In this document: positions 1 through 9,816 of the stretch, piece after piece
Layout of the letters: the number at the start of each line of letters is the position of its first letter
Numbering within the stretch: position 1 is the first letter of the stretch
Source: an uncultured Planctomycetales bacterium
GTDB lineage: Bacteria > Omnitrophota > Gorgyraeia > Zapsychrales > JANLHA01
DNA length: 64,000 bases
NCBI GenBank assembly: GCA_964450385.1
Contig: CAYVEC010000005.1
Span: 6,850-70,849 of the forward strand
Direction: 5' to 3'
Program-made: the position numbers and the translations under genes
Notes under the pieces: generated by a model
Told to the model about the DNA's origin: nothing
Database searches by the model: none
The model's input: only the letters and a program-made list of their open reading frames with translations

Positions 1-355
1 CCGGGAGTTCCGGGCCTTCAATCATCTGGCCCCGACCATGGCCTTTGGGTTCCTTACGAATGATGAACATCTTGACCGGCCGCGGCGAATCCATGGAGAC
101 CGCACCCAGGGCCCCGACGATCGGGTCCGCACCAAGGGTCGGGCCTCCAATCGCGTCAAAGGCCTCATCCCGGACCATCTCCAAAAAGATCCGCGCGGTA
201 TAATACGCCCCGGCAGCGGTCAGGGTTGCCCGGCGGCAATCCAGATAATAATTGCTCCGCTTCCCTGACGAGAGGACAAAGTCCCCGCGGAAAAACGCCT
301 CGCGTTGAATGATCTCGAACAATGCCTTTTTTTCAGCGCTCCAATCACTCCCCAT
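1..355 (-). CDS. pyrE: Orotate phosphoribosyltransferase, partial (N-terminal about 118 aa; 3' end runs off window start)
   Basis: Not in ORF track because it lacks a stop in the window. Reverse-strand translation from ATG at 355 gives MGSDWSAEKKALFEIIQREAFFRGDFVLSSGKRSNYYLDCR...GADPIVGA...IIRKEPKGHG...IEG, matching PyrE type-I PRTase motifs. Confidence 0.8.
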   Translation of the reverse strand, partial: MGSDWSAEKKALFEIIQREAFFRGDFVLSSGKRSNYYLDCRRATLTAAGAYYTARIFLEMVRDEAFDAIGGPTLGADPIVGALGAVSMDSPRPVKMFIIRKEPKGHGRGQMIEGPELP

Positions 356-383
356 GATGACTCTCTTTCGTTACAGAACCCTC

Positions 384-707
384 TCAACGGATCTGAGGGA
401 TCTCGAGCTTCCGCTGCTGGATCTCAAGCAAGAGATCCGTACGAAAACGCAGCACCTTTTTATACAGGTCATAATCCTTGGAACTCAACCCTGCCCGGCT
501 ATAGAACGTGGTCGCGGCCTCAAGCTCGATCTCAACGTCGATATATTTGTTCATCAATTCCTCATCACTTAATTGATCAATCGCGCTCTTATCCATCACC
601 GGAATACGGAAGATAAACGACGACGCCTGGGCCCAAACCAACTGACCCCCCTGCCCAAGTCCCGCAACTAACGCCGCCGCCACAAGCGCTGTCATAACCC
701 GTTTCAT
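384..707 (-). CDS. Small secreted hypothetical protein (signal peptide MKRVMTALVAAALVAGLG...AQA)
   Basis: ORF 384..740. Likely start is the internal ATG at 707, preceded by GGAGG. Hydrophobic N-terminus followed by a charged helical region. No recognisable family. Confidence 0.45.
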   Translation of the reverse strand: MKRVMTALVAAALVAGLGQGGQLVWAQASSFIFRIPVMDKSAIDQLSDEELMNKYIDVEIELEAATTFYSRAGLSSKDYDLYKKVLRFRTDLLLEIQQRKLEIPQIR

Positions 708-848
708 CCCCGCCTCCTCTTCCACGCCCAAAGACTGCATTCATTATACGTAAAGGCCTTTCAAAAAACAAGCCGATCAAGCCAAAAGATCCGTCCCGCC
801 CCGAGGCGCGCCGCTTGCCGAGTCTCCGCGCGCGTGCTATCATAACGC

Positions 849-1604
849 GTGTTTAAATGGCCTGTCCTGCCCCTGATCCAAGGACTCATCGACATTCTCT
901 ATCCCCCGTTTTGCCTGCTCTGCCACGCCTCCCTTGTCCCGGCAGTGCCATCGCCGGTGCTCTGCCCAGAGTGCCTCAGAAAGATCACCCGCAACCATCC
1001 GCCATTTTGCCGGCGCTGTTCACGGCCGCTCAAGAACGCCGCGTTCTCCGAATGCCTCTCCTGCCGACGCCGGACCCCGGGTTTTGACCATGCCTGGGCC
1101 GCCTGCCTCTATACCGAACCCATCCAGCAGCTCGTCCACCTCATGAAATACGGCCGGTACACCGGCCTCCGTCACCTCTTCACGGAGCTCATCCTCGAAT
1201 TTCTCGCGTTCTACCACATCGAGCTCGCCGATTATGACTGGCTCATCCCGGTCCCGCTCCACCCCACACGGCTGCGCGAACGCGGATTCAACCAAAGCCT
1301 GCTCATCGCCTCGCTCCTAAGCCGCCGCACCGGCCTAGCCATGAATACAAAGATCCTCTACCGAAGCGCGTATCACCCGAACCAGGCCCGCGTAGACGCA
1401 AAACAACGCTGGACAAACACCAGCCAGGCCTTTAGAATAAAACCCAATATCAATATTACAAATAAAAACCTTTTGGTTTTAGATGATCTTTTAACAACCG
1501 GGGCCACGGCCTCTGCAATTGCCTCGACGCTAAAACACCATGGCGCCCGGCAGGTGGACATCATCACCCTGGCGATCGCGGCCCAGCCCCGACACACGGC
1601 CTAA
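849..1604 (+). CDS. comF: ComF-family protein (double zinc-ribbon plus phosphoribosyltransferase domain)
   Basis: N-terminal CxxC...CxxC pairs (CLLCHA...CPEC, CRRC...CLSC). C-terminal PRTase motif LVLDDLLTTGAT. Confidence 0.7.
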   Translation: MFKWPVLPLIQGLIDILYPPFCLLCHASLVPAVPSPVLCPECLRKITRNHPPFCRRCSRPLKNAAFSECLSCRRRTPGFDHAWAACLYTEPIQQLVHLMKYGRYTGLRHLFTELILEFLAFYHIELADYDWLIPVPLHPTRLRERGFNQSLLIASLLSRRTGLAMNTKILYRSAYHPNQARVDAKQRWTNTSQAFRIKPNINITNKNLLVLDDLLTTGATASAIASTLKHHGARQVDIITLAIAAQPRHTA

Positions 1605-1607
1605 ACC

Positions 1608-2699
1608 ATGCGCATCTTACGAAGCTATATCCTGCGGGAAGGCGTCATCCCCTTTCTCCTCGCCCTGATCGTGCTCTCGTGTGTATTTATCCTCGGCTAT
1701 ACGGTCAAACTCGCACATCTGGTGATCAATAAAGGGGTCCCGCTCGCTGTTGTCGGCCGAATGTTCCTCTATCTCATCCCTGTCCTGCTTCAATACACCA
1801 TGCCGCTCGCGTGTCTCGTGGCCGTCATCCTAGCCTTCAGCCGTCTCTCCGCGGACAATGAGATCATCGCGATCCGGGCCAGCGGGATCCATGTCCGGCA
1901 GTTCCTCATCCCGCTCGCGGTCATCGGCGTGGTCTTCAGCCTGATCTCATTCTTGATCCATGACCGGGTCATCCCCTACGCCAGCCTTCAGGAAAAAAAT
2001 CTCCAATCGAGCATGAGCTTTGAGAACCCCACGGCCCTGCTCGAACCCGGGACCTTCATTAAGGGGTTCGGCGACCAGACGATCTTCATTCATCGGGTCG
2101 AGGACCATAAATTCTACAATATCACGATCTGGCAACCCCAGCCCGAGGGACGCACCCCGCGCACAATCATCGCCAATCGGGGAGAATTCACCCGAACTCC
2201 GGACGGACGCCAGCTCATCCTCAAACTCATTGATGGAACAAGCGACGAGATCGATCCCCAGCATCCGGAGAATTACTACAAACTGAATTTTAAGACACTC
2301 TTTATCACCCTGGACGTGGCTGCGAACCAAGGCCAGGTCGAAAAGAAACCGAAAAACATGTCGCTCAAAGAGCTCATCGCGGAGCGCCACAAACTCGAAG
2401 AGCGCTTCATTGATACCGCGCGGATCGACACCGAATATTTCCGCAAGATCTCCTGGGCCCTCACCCCGCTGATCTTCATCCTCCTAGGGTTCCCCCTGGC
2501 GATCATCACAAACCGCCGCGAGCGCTCGGCCAATGTTCTCCTTGCCATCGCCGCCGCGAGCCTGTATTATTTATTAGCCTTAACCTGTGAGGCCCTGAGC
2601 ATCGAGCACAAGGTCCCGGCCTCCATCATCATGTGGGTCCCAAACCTGGCCGGCGCCAGCGCTGCAATCTTTTTCAATTATAAATTATGCGTATCATAG
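1608..2699 (+). CDS. lptF: LPS export permease, LptF/LptG (YjgP/YjgQ) family
   Basis: 363 aa. N-terminus MRILRSYILREG with multi-TM segments and a periplasmic beta-jellyroll region. Tandem with a paralog. Assignment as F versus G is arbitrary. Confidence 0.7.
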   Translation: MRILRSYILREGVIPFLLALIVLSCVFILGYTVKLAHLVINKGVPLAVVGRMFLYLIPVLLQYTMPLACLVAVILAFSRLSADNEIIAIRASGIHVRQFLIPLAVIGVVFSLISFLIHDRVIPYASLQEKNLQSSMSFENPTALLEPGTFIKGFGDQTIFIHRVEDHKFYNITIWQPQPEGRTPRTIIANRGEFTRTPDGRQLILKLIDGTSDEIDPQHPENYYKLNFKTLFITLDVAANQGQVEKKPKNMSLKELIAERHKLEERFIDTARIDTEYFRKISWALTPLIFILLGFPLAIITNRRERSANVLLAIAAASLYYLLALTCEALSIEHKVPASIIMWVPNLAGASAAIFFNYKLCVS

Positions 2700-3787
2700 A
2701 CCGATATATCGCCCGCTCCGTTGTCGCGACCTTTGTGATCGCGGTGTTCGTTTTCTGCCTCCTCTATGTCCTCATCGACTCGGCCTCGAACCTCGATGAG
2801 TTCATCGACCGGCAGGTTCCCTTCAGCGTGATCACGGAATACTATATGAACTTTTTGCCCGTCGTCGTTAAGCAGACCGGGCCGATCGCCTTTCTGATCG
2901 CCGCCCTCCTCACCTTCGCAATGCTCAATACCAATAACGAGCTCATCGCGCTCAGGGCCGGCGGCCTCGGATTCTTTAAGCTCGCCCGGCCCGTGCTGAT
3001 CCTGGCTCTGCTCTGCTGCGCCGGATTTTTCTACCTCAATGAGCGTTATCTGCCCGAGAGCGAAAAACGGGCCCGTGAGATCAAGGAAGAAAATCTCACC
3101 CTCAAGGAGGACCGGCAAAAGGCAAGCCGGCTCCAGAACCTGTCGTTCTATGGGCTTAAGAACCGCCTGTTTTTCATCTCGTCGTTCGACCCGGAGACCG
3201 AGACCCTTCAGGGGATCACGATCATCGGGTTTGACGAACAGCAGAATATCCGGGAAAAAATCGTCTCGTTTGAGGGGACCTGGACCGGCATCGCCTGGAA
3301 ATTCAAACAATGCCACATCACCGAGTTCGGAAATTCACCGACAGACGGCCCGGCCAAGATCAAGGTGTATGAAGAAAAACTCATGGACATCAAAGAGACG
3401 CCGGCGGACTTCCTTCGTCAGCGCACCCATGTCAATTACATGAACATCAAACAGCTCCATGAATATATCGAGCGGTTCGAGAACAGCGGGGCCGCGAGCG
3501 TGGTCAACAGTCTTAAAGTCAATTTCCATGGAAAAATGGCCGCACCGTTCAGCTCGCTCGCGATCGTCCTCCTGGGGCTGCCGCTCGTCATGGTCTCTGG
3601 GCGGCGCCAGGCGCAAAATTTTACAGCCCTCGGCATCGCCCTGATCGTGGGGCTCCTGTATTATGTGGCCGATTCCGTCTCGCTCGCCCTCGGGCAAGGA
3701 GGCGCCCTGCCTCCGATCATCGCAGCGTGGCTCGCGCCATGCCTCGCTTTTCTTATCGCGTTATACAATATCCAGAGCGCTTACTAA
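2687..3787 (+). CDS. lptG: LPS export permease, LptF/LptG family (second paralog)
   Basis: 366 aa. N-terminus MRIIDRYIARSV. Same architecture as the upstream gene and overlaps it by 13 nt. Confidence 0.7.
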   Translation: MRIIDRYIARSVVATFVIAVFVFCLLYVLIDSASNLDEFIDRQVPFSVITEYYMNFLPVVVKQTGPIAFLIAALLTFAMLNTNNELIALRAGGLGFFKLARPVLILALLCCAGFFYLNERYLPESEKRAREIKEENLTLKEDRQKASRLQNLSFYGLKNRLFFISSFDPETETLQGITIIGFDEQQNIREKIVSFEGTWTGIAWKFKQCHITEFGNSPTDGPAKIKVYEEKLMDIKETPADFLRQRTHVNYMNIKQLHEYIERFENSGAASVVNSLKVNFHGKMAAPFSSLAIVLLGLPLVMVSGRRQAQNFTALGIALIVGLLYYVADSVSLALGQGGALPPIIAAWLAPCLAFLIALYNIQSAY

Positions 3788-3868
3788 AACGCGTCTCATG
3801 AGCGGCACCCGCTCAACGACCGGGATCGATCCTTAAAGAACCCACAGGCAGGAAGAACGAGACGGAAG

Positions 3869-5086
3869 TTATCGGTAAACCCGCGGCAGCCGGTTTCCGA
3901 GCGAGCAGACAATTTCATAGTTGATCGTCCCGGCATGCCCGGCGAGCTCGTCGGCAGAGACCTCAGACGCGCCCTGCCGGCCGATGATCACCGCTTCATC
4001 CCCGGCGCGGCACCGCGAGACCCTCGAGACATCAACCATCATCTGGTCCATGGTCACGCGGCCAAGAACACGGCAGCGGCGACCGCCAACCAGGACGCTC
4101 GCCTGATTCGATAGGATCCTCATGTAGCCGTCGTTATATCCGATCGGCAGGGTCGCGACCCTCATCCGGCGGGGGGCAATAAAGGTGTGGCCATAACTGA
4201 TCCCTCGGCCCGCCGGAACATCCTTCACAAAGATGATCCGGGCCTTCACCGACATGACCGGCTTCAGGGTGATCGTCTTTTTGACCCGAAGGGACGGATA
4301 GAGACCATAAAGCATCAATCCCGGCCGAACGAGATTAAAGACCGGATCGGCGTATCCCGCAACCCCCATGCTGTTCGCGGCATGGACATAGGGGATCTCA
4401 AGTCCGTTCTCACCGAGACGCCTGACGAGCGTTTTGACCGCGCGGATCTGCCCTAAGGTAAAACGCCTGTCGGTGTCCGCAACCGGAAAATGGGTGTAGA
4501 GGCCCTGGACCCGAAGATGGCTCATCGCGGCGATGCCGATCACAGCGTCGACGGCTGTCTCATGCCACAACCCCAGCCGTCCCATCCCCGTGTCAATCTT
4601 CACGTGAACATCAACGGTCCTATTCACGCGCCGGGCAGAGCGATTTAAGACCTCTGCGGTGGCGCGGTCACAGATCGTCGGGGTTAATCCATACTGAACG
4701 ACCGCGGGGATCGCCCCAGCAATCAGATTCTCAAATACAAGGATCGGCACCTGGAATCCAAGTTCGCGCAATCTCACGCCCTCAGAGGGTTCCGAGACGC
4801 CGAGGAATGCGGCACCCTCGGCAACCGATGCTTCAGCGGCCCGCTGCATCCCATGGCCATAGGCATCAGCCTTGACTACGGCCAACACCTCCGGGACCGG
4901 GCCTCCGCTCGAACGCGCCGACCGCTTAAGGGCCTTACGGATCGCCTGATAATTCGCGGCCAAGGCCCCTCCATCGATCTCAACCCATGCCGGATACGTG
5001 TGTCCTTCTCGCTTCGCCACGTCCCTCTCCTTTTCAATAGCCGTCTTTTTTAGCCCTTTTATTTCACCGGACGCGTCACCTGACAA
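3869..5086 (-). CDS. alr: Alanine racemase
   Basis: PLP-binding motif VKADAYGHG. Full-length racemase domains with an N-terminal extension of about 25 aa. Confidence 0.85.
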   Translation of the reverse strand: MSGDASGEIKGLKKTAIEKERDVAKREGHTYPAWVEIDGGALAANYQAIRKALKRSARSSGGPVPEVLAVVKADAYGHGMQRAAEASVAEGAAFLGVSEPSEGVRLRELGFQVPILVFENLIAGAIPAVVQYGLTPTICDRATAEVLNRSARRVNRTVDVHVKIDTGMGRLGLWHETAVDAVIGIAAMSHLRVQGLYTHFPVADTDRRFTLGQIRAVKTLVRRLGENGLEIPYVHAANSMGVAGYADPVFNLVRPGLMLYGLYPSLRVKKTITLKPVMSVKARIIFVKDVPAGRGISYGHTFIAPRRMRVATLPIGYNDGYMRILSNQASVLVGGRRCRVLGRVTMDQMMVDVSRVSRCRAGDEAVIIGRQGASEVSADELAGHAGTINYEIVCSLGNRLPRVYR

Positions 5087-5763
5087 TCCGCCGGATACAA
5101 ATACATCGGAACCAGAGAACGCACATCATCGGCCTGCCCGCCCATGAACCGAGGCCCTGCGAGACGAGCGACAGCCACGGCGCTCGGATACCAGAAATCC
5201 TTTTTCAACAAATGGGCCTTCCACCGACCCCGGCTCGCACGCTCGGCCTTCTTAAACTCCACCTCATAGCGGGTGAGCCCGTCACCCAAAACCGCAACAG
5301 AGCCCCGCAAAACCCCGGCGACCTCACTGACCGGACATAATAAATAATCGCTCGTCCGGATCACGCCCTCTTCTCCGCGCGTGTAGACCGCGGCATACAC
5401 CATCGACCGATGGGCATCCACGAGGGGGCAGACCTGATCGGTCTTCACCGACGAGGCGTTCATCGCCGCGGCGTCAAGGCTCGAGATCCCAACGACCGGA
5501 CACCCCCAGGCAAAGGCAAGCCCCTTGACCGTGGCCAAGCCCACACGAAGACTCGTGAACGAGCCCGGGCCGAGCCCCACCGCGATCCCGCCGACCTCGC
5601 CCTGCGATATCCCCGCGTCGGCAACAAGGGCCTGGATCTCAGGGATGAGCGCCGAAGATAAAAGCCGCTCCGTCAATTTCTGTCGCTGCGCCAGGACCCT
5701 GTCCTGGTCCATAAGGGCGAGACTGAGCATCGCCGTTGATGTATCAAGGGAAAAAATGATCAC
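5059..5763 (-). CDS. tsaB: tRNA threonylcarbamoyladenosine biosynthesis protein TsaB
   Basis: IIFSLDTSTAMLSLAL matches the TsaB/YeaZ N-terminus. Probable GTG start at 5763, overlapping the tsaE stop as GTGA. ORF track extends to 5808. Confidence 0.7.
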   Translation of the reverse strand: MIIFSLDTSTAMLSLALMDQDRVLAQRQKLTERLLSSALIPEIQALVADAGISQGEVGGIAVGLGPGSFTSLRVGLATVKGLAFAWGCPVVGISSLDAAAMNASSVKTDQVCPLVDAHRSMVYAAVYTRGEEGVIRTSDYLLCPVSEVAGVLRGSVAVLGDGLTRYEVEFKKAERASRGRWKAHLLKKDFWYPSAVAVARLAGPRFMGGQADDVRSLVPMYLYPADCQVTRPVK

Positions 5764-6272
5764 GTCCTGACCCCTCCGATCCAGGGAAATCTCGGCGCGG
5801 CGAGCCATCGCCGACAGAGACCCCGATAGCGTGACCCCTGTCCGTCGACCCGGATCCTGCGTTCATCGAGTGCCTCATGACTTAAATGGATATCCATCCG
5901 CTCCGCGGGCATCAAGGGCCCCAGGCGCTCCGCCCATTCAACCACCGCGACCCCACGGCCATACAAAAATTCCTCATACCCGATATCGCCGAGCTCTTCC
6001 GGGCGTTCAAGACGGTAGAGATCAAAATGATACAACGGAAGCCGGCCGCTTTCATACACATTCATCACAACAAATGTCGGGCTCGTGACCTCCTCGGGCC
6101 GAAGTCCAAGACCATGAGCGATCCCTTTGATCAGGGTCGTCTTGCCCGTCCCGAGGTCACCGAAACAGCAAATGATGTCTCCCGGGCTCAGCCATCGAGC
6201 CAACCGCTCTCCGTACTCATGCGTCATCGCCTCTGAGGCGCTGACCCGTTCGATCACCCCCATGATCCCCAT
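5760..6272 (-). CDS. tsaE: tRNA threonylcarbamoyladenosine biosynthesis ATPase TsaE
   Basis: P-loop GDLGTGKTTLIKG, TSPTFVV, YHFDLYRL motifs. Confidence 0.8.
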   Translation of the reverse strand: MGIMGVIERVSASEAMTHEYGERLARWLSPGDIICCFGDLGTGKTTLIKGIAHGLGLRPEEVTSPTFVVMNVYESGRLPLYHFDLYRLERPEELGDIGYEEFLYGRGVAVVEWAERLGPLMPAERMDIHLSHEALDERRIRVDGQGSRYRGLCRRWLAAPRFPWIGGVRT

Positions 6273-6286
6273 CCTCCGTTCGAACC

Positions 6287-7225
6287 CTAAAAATGGGTGA
6301 ACGACCGCGCCTCGATCTCGTGCGCCCGGCCCTGACCATCAACGAGGACAAGCCGTCGGCGCGCGGTGATCTCGCCGATGTCGTAAAAATGATATTTTCC
6401 CGCCTTGCGGAGCGCCTCGGCTCGGTCCGCGGGAACCGTGGCAAGGAGCTCAAAATCCTCACCATCGGCCAGGGCCTGCTCAACCGTCGCCCCTTCGGCG
6501 AGCGGGATCCGGTCTCGAAAAAGACGAGCCCCGACGCCGCTCTGTTTTAGGATATGGCCCAGGTCCCCGGCAAGGCCGTCCGAGACGTCGATCATCGCGG
6601 TCGGCCGGGCGTGACGCACGAGATATTGGGCCTCGGCCACGCGCGGCTGAAAATGCAGGTGTTTGCAGTTCCGGAACGAGTTGCCGAGACCTCCGGTGAC
6701 AATGATCCGGTCACCTGGACGAGCGCCCTTGCGATAGACGGCCTGTCCCTTGGCGACCCGCCCCATCAGGGCGACGTTGATCACATACCGCGTCCCCTTC
6801 ACCATATCGCCGCCAACGAGGCTTACCCCGTATTCCTTGGCCAGGGCATTAAACCCGGCGCCGACCCGTTCTAAGAAATCTGCGCACATGTTCGACGGCG
6901 CCGCGGTCGAGACTACGGCAAAGGTCGGCAGCCCGCCCATTGCGGCGATATCGCTGATCGAGCAGGCCAGAGCCTTTCGGCCTATATCTTCCGGCGACAT
7001 CATCGTGCGCAAAAAATGCACCCCTTCGATCAGCATATCGGTCGTGAGCAATAGGTCCTCCGCGCCCCCGCAATCGAGCACCGCAGCGTCATCCCCAGGC
7101 CCTTTCACCACCCCCTGGCCCTGATGCGCGTTCACGATCATTCGTTCAATAAGCTGAAACTCCCCGACATCCGCCAGGGCCAACAGGCTTTTATCATCAC
7201 CCCAATTCTTGGTCTTTCCCGTCAT
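6287..7225 (-). CDS. thiL: Thiamine-monophosphate kinase
   Basis: AIR-synthase-related fold, GEFQLIERM and TTDMLIEGVHF motifs. Probable start ATG at 7225, overlapping the mtnA stop as ATGA. Confidence 0.75.
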   Translation of the reverse strand: MTGKTKNWGDDKSLLALADVGEFQLIERMIVNAHQGQGVVKGPGDDAAVLDCGGAEDLLLTTDMLIEGVHFLRTMMSPEDIGRKALACSISDIAAMGGLPTFAVVSTAAPSNMCADFLERVGAGFNALAKEYGVSLVGGDMVKGTRYVINVALMGRVAKGQAVYRKGARPGDRIIVTGGLGNSFRNCKHLHFQPRVAEAQYLVRHARPTAMIDVSDGLAGDLGHILKQSGVGARLFRDRIPLAEGATVEQALADGEDFELLATVPADRAEALRKAGKYHFYDIGEITARRRLVLVDGQGRAHEIEARSFTHF

Positions 7226-8283
7226 CGCCCCCTCCGCGCACCATGATGATGCTGTTGAAAATTTTTTTTGATCTCCCGGGTAAACGGCGGCCAAATGATC
7301 CCGCGCTCCGTAATAAAGGCGGTGATCAACCGGGCCGGCGTCACATCAAACGCGGGATTGTAGACCTCGACCCCTTCGGGAGCGACCCGGCGGCCCGCGA
7401 TCCGGCGGACCTCATCAGCAGAACGCTCCTCGATCGGAATGCCCGCCCCATTCTTCACGGACAGATCAACCGTCATGCCCGGGGCAGCGACATAAAACGG
7501 GATCCGGTGCGCCCGCGCCAAGACCGCGAGGCCATAGGTCCCGATCTTATTAGCGGCGTCACCGTTCGCCGCGATCCGATCCGCGCCGACAACAACGGCC
7601 CGGATCTTTTTCTCCCGCATCACGGCAGCGGCCATATTGTCCGTGATCAGGATCGTCCGGATCCCCGCCTGACCCAGTTCCCAGGCCGTGAGCCGCGCGC
7701 CCTGCAAAAGCGGCCGCGTCTCACAGGCATAAACACATATTTTTTTCCCCTGACGATGCGCGCTATAAAACACCCCGAGGGCTGTCCCGTAATCGACCGT
7801 AGCCAGGGCCCCCGCGTTACAGATCGTCATGACCGGATCACCCGAACGGATGAGCCGGGCCCCATAGTCACCCATGGCTCGGCAGGCGCTGCGATCCTCA
7901 TCCGCCACTGCCTCAGCCTCGGCCCGGATCAGGCGCTTCAGCTCCGCTGTCTCTGCCAACGGATAACGCGCCGGGATGGCCCGCACCCGGTCAAGGCCTC
8001 GAAAAAGGTTCACGGCCGTCGGACGGGCGGTGGCAAGATAGGCACAGGCCGCCTCGAGCCTCCGGACCAAGGCCCCGCGGCTGCCGTCGGCATCCTGGAC
8101 CGCCAGGACCGCGCCGTAGGCAGCGGCAACACCTAGGGCCGGAGCCCCGCGCACCTCTAACCGTTTGATCGCCTGCCAGAGTGCGCGCACCGTTCGGCAT
8201 TCCTTATAACCGCACCGCGCCGGAAGCCGCGTCTGGTCGATAATGACAACCGCCTTATTTTTATATTGAATCGTCTGAATCAT
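7222..8283 (-). CDS. mtnA: S-methyl-5-thioribose-1-phosphate isomerase (eIF-2B alpha/beta/delta family)
   Basis: 353 aa. N-terminal IIDQTRLP and GAPALGVAAAYG motifs typical of MtnA. Confidence 0.7.
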   Translation of the reverse strand: MIQTIQYKNKAVVIIDQTRLPARCGYKECRTVRALWQAIKRLEVRGAPALGVAAAYGAVLAVQDADGSRGALVRRLEAACAYLATARPTAVNLFRGLDRVRAIPARYPLAETAELKRLIRAEAEAVADEDRSACRAMGDYGARLIRSGDPVMTICNAGALATVDYGTALGVFYSAHRQGKKICVYACETRPLLQGARLTAWELGQAGIRTILITDNMAAAVMREKKIRAVVVGADRIAANGDAANKIGTYGLAVLARAHRIPFYVAAPGMTVDLSVKNGAGIPIEERSADEVRRIAGRRVAPEGVEVYNPAFDVTPARLITAFITERGIIWPPFTREIKKNFQQHHHGARRGR

Positions 8284-8311
8284 GGTTCACACTGACCCGA
8301 ATGACACAGGG

Positions 8312-9814
8312 CTATTTCTCAATCTCGATCCGAGGGAACAGAGCCCCATGGACCGCCATCGTGACCCCGGCCTTGAGCCGGCCCCACGACGGGTCGCGCG
8401 AGCCGTCGCCGAGGACATCAAAAATGGCCTGACATTTCTGCGGCATGACCGGTGCGAGCAGAACCGCGCTGATCCTGAGGGCCTCGGTCGCCGTATAGAG
8501 TACCTGTCCCGCCGCGGCTCGGTCCTCTTTGATGAGCTTCCACGGCGCGCTGGCCTCGATATATTTATTCGTCAGCCGAACGAGGCGAAGGACATCTTCG
8601 ATGGCCTCGTGGATCCGGAGTCCCCGGACCCCGGCCTCGACCCGGGCCGGCAGTGACGCGGCATACGCCCTGACCTCGCTCGCCCGTTCATCCAATGCGC
8701 CGGGTTCAGGAACCACCCCGTCAAAATATTTCCCGATAAAACCGCTCACCCGGTTCAAGAGATTCCCAAAATCATTCGCAAGATCGCTGTTATAACGTTT
8801 GACAAAGGCATCGACGGAAAAACTTGAATCCTGGCCCAGGACCATCTCGCGCATCAGAAAATACCGCACGGCATCCACCCCATGCTCATCCACGAGCGCG
8901 AGCGGATCAATCACGTTCCCGAGGGATTTGCTCATCTTTGCGTCGTCCATGAGCCACCAGCCGTGGGCAAAGATCGTCGTCGGCAGATCGATCCCAAGGG
9001 CAAAGAGCATCGTCGGCCAGTAGACGGTGTGGGTCGTAAGAATATCCTTGGCCATCAAATGGATCGAGGCCGGCCACAGCCCGGCGAAGCGCGCCTCGTC
9101 CGAACCCCATCCCGGGACCGAGATATAATTGATCAAAGCATCAAACCAGACATAGGTGACATACTCCGGGTCAAAGGGCAGTTCAATGCCCCAATTCAGG
9201 CGCGCCTTCGGCCGCGAGATACAGAGATCCCCGAGCGGCTGACGCAGGAACCCGAGGATCTCGTTCCGGCGGTGCTCAGGCTGAATGAATTCCGGATGCG
9301 TCTCGATATGATCGATCAGCCGCTCTTGATACCGGCTCATCCGGAAAAAATAGTTCTTTTCCTTCAGCCATTTGACATCACGGAAGGCCCCGGTCTGTTT
9401 TTCGGTCTCGGTAATGAACCGCTCCTCGGCCACCGAATACCAGCCCTCATATTCATCACTGTAGACATCGCCCGCCTCGTAAACGCGCTGAAGCGCGAGC
9501 TGAACGATGCGGCGGTGACGGTCTTCGGTCGTGCGGATAAAATCGTCATGCTGGATCTCAAGCCGCGCCCAAAGCTGGCGGAACCGCTCGGCCATCTCAT
9601 CGCAGTGCTGCTGCGGCGGCAATCCCCGACGCTCCGCGGCCTGCTGGACCTTCTGGCCATGCTCATCCACCCCGGTCAGGAAGAAGACCTCCTCCCCCTC
9701 GATCTTATGATACCGGGCGAGCACATCCGCGAGGATCGTGGTGTACGCGTGCCCGATATGCGGTTTGTCATTCACGTAATAGATCGGTGTCGTGATATAG
9801 AACGTCTTACCCAT
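8312..9814 (-). CDS. metG: Methionyl-tRNA synthetase (no C-terminal tRNA-binding extension)
   Basis: YITTPIYYVNDKPHIGHAYT (HIGH) and KMSKSLGN motifs. Confidence 0.9.
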   Translation of the reverse strand: MGKTFYITTPIYYVNDKPHIGHAYTTILADVLARYHKIEGEEVFFLTGVDEHGQKVQQAAERRGLPPQQHCDEMAERFRQLWARLEIQHDDFIRTTEDRHRRIVQLALQRVYEAGDVYSDEYEGWYSVAEERFITETEKQTGAFRDVKWLKEKNYFFRMSRYQERLIDHIETHPEFIQPEHRRNEILGFLRQPLGDLCISRPKARLNWGIELPFDPEYVTYVWFDALINYISVPGWGSDEARFAGLWPASIHLMAKDILTTHTVYWPTMLFALGIDLPTTIFAHGWWLMDDAKMSKSLGNVIDPLALVDEHGVDAVRYFLMREMVLGQDSSFSVDAFVKRYNSDLANDFGNLLNRVSGFIGKYFDGVVPEPGALDERASEVRAYAASLPARVEAGVRGLRIHEAIEDVLRLVRLTNKYIEASAPWKLIKEDRAAAGQVLYTATEALRISAVLLAPVMPQKCQAIFDVLGDGSRDPSWGRLKAGVTMAVHGALFPRIEIEK

Positions 9815-9816
9815 GA

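Noticed and set aside
3788-3868. Imperfect hairpin (aaacccgc-ggca-gccggttt) between convergent lptG and alr
   Set aside because: The stem has a mismatch and is not followed by a clear T-tract on either strand. At best it is a weak terminator.
7243-8136. 297-aa plus-strand ORF
   Set aside because: It is antisense to mtnA. Arg/Pro-rich, no domain signature.
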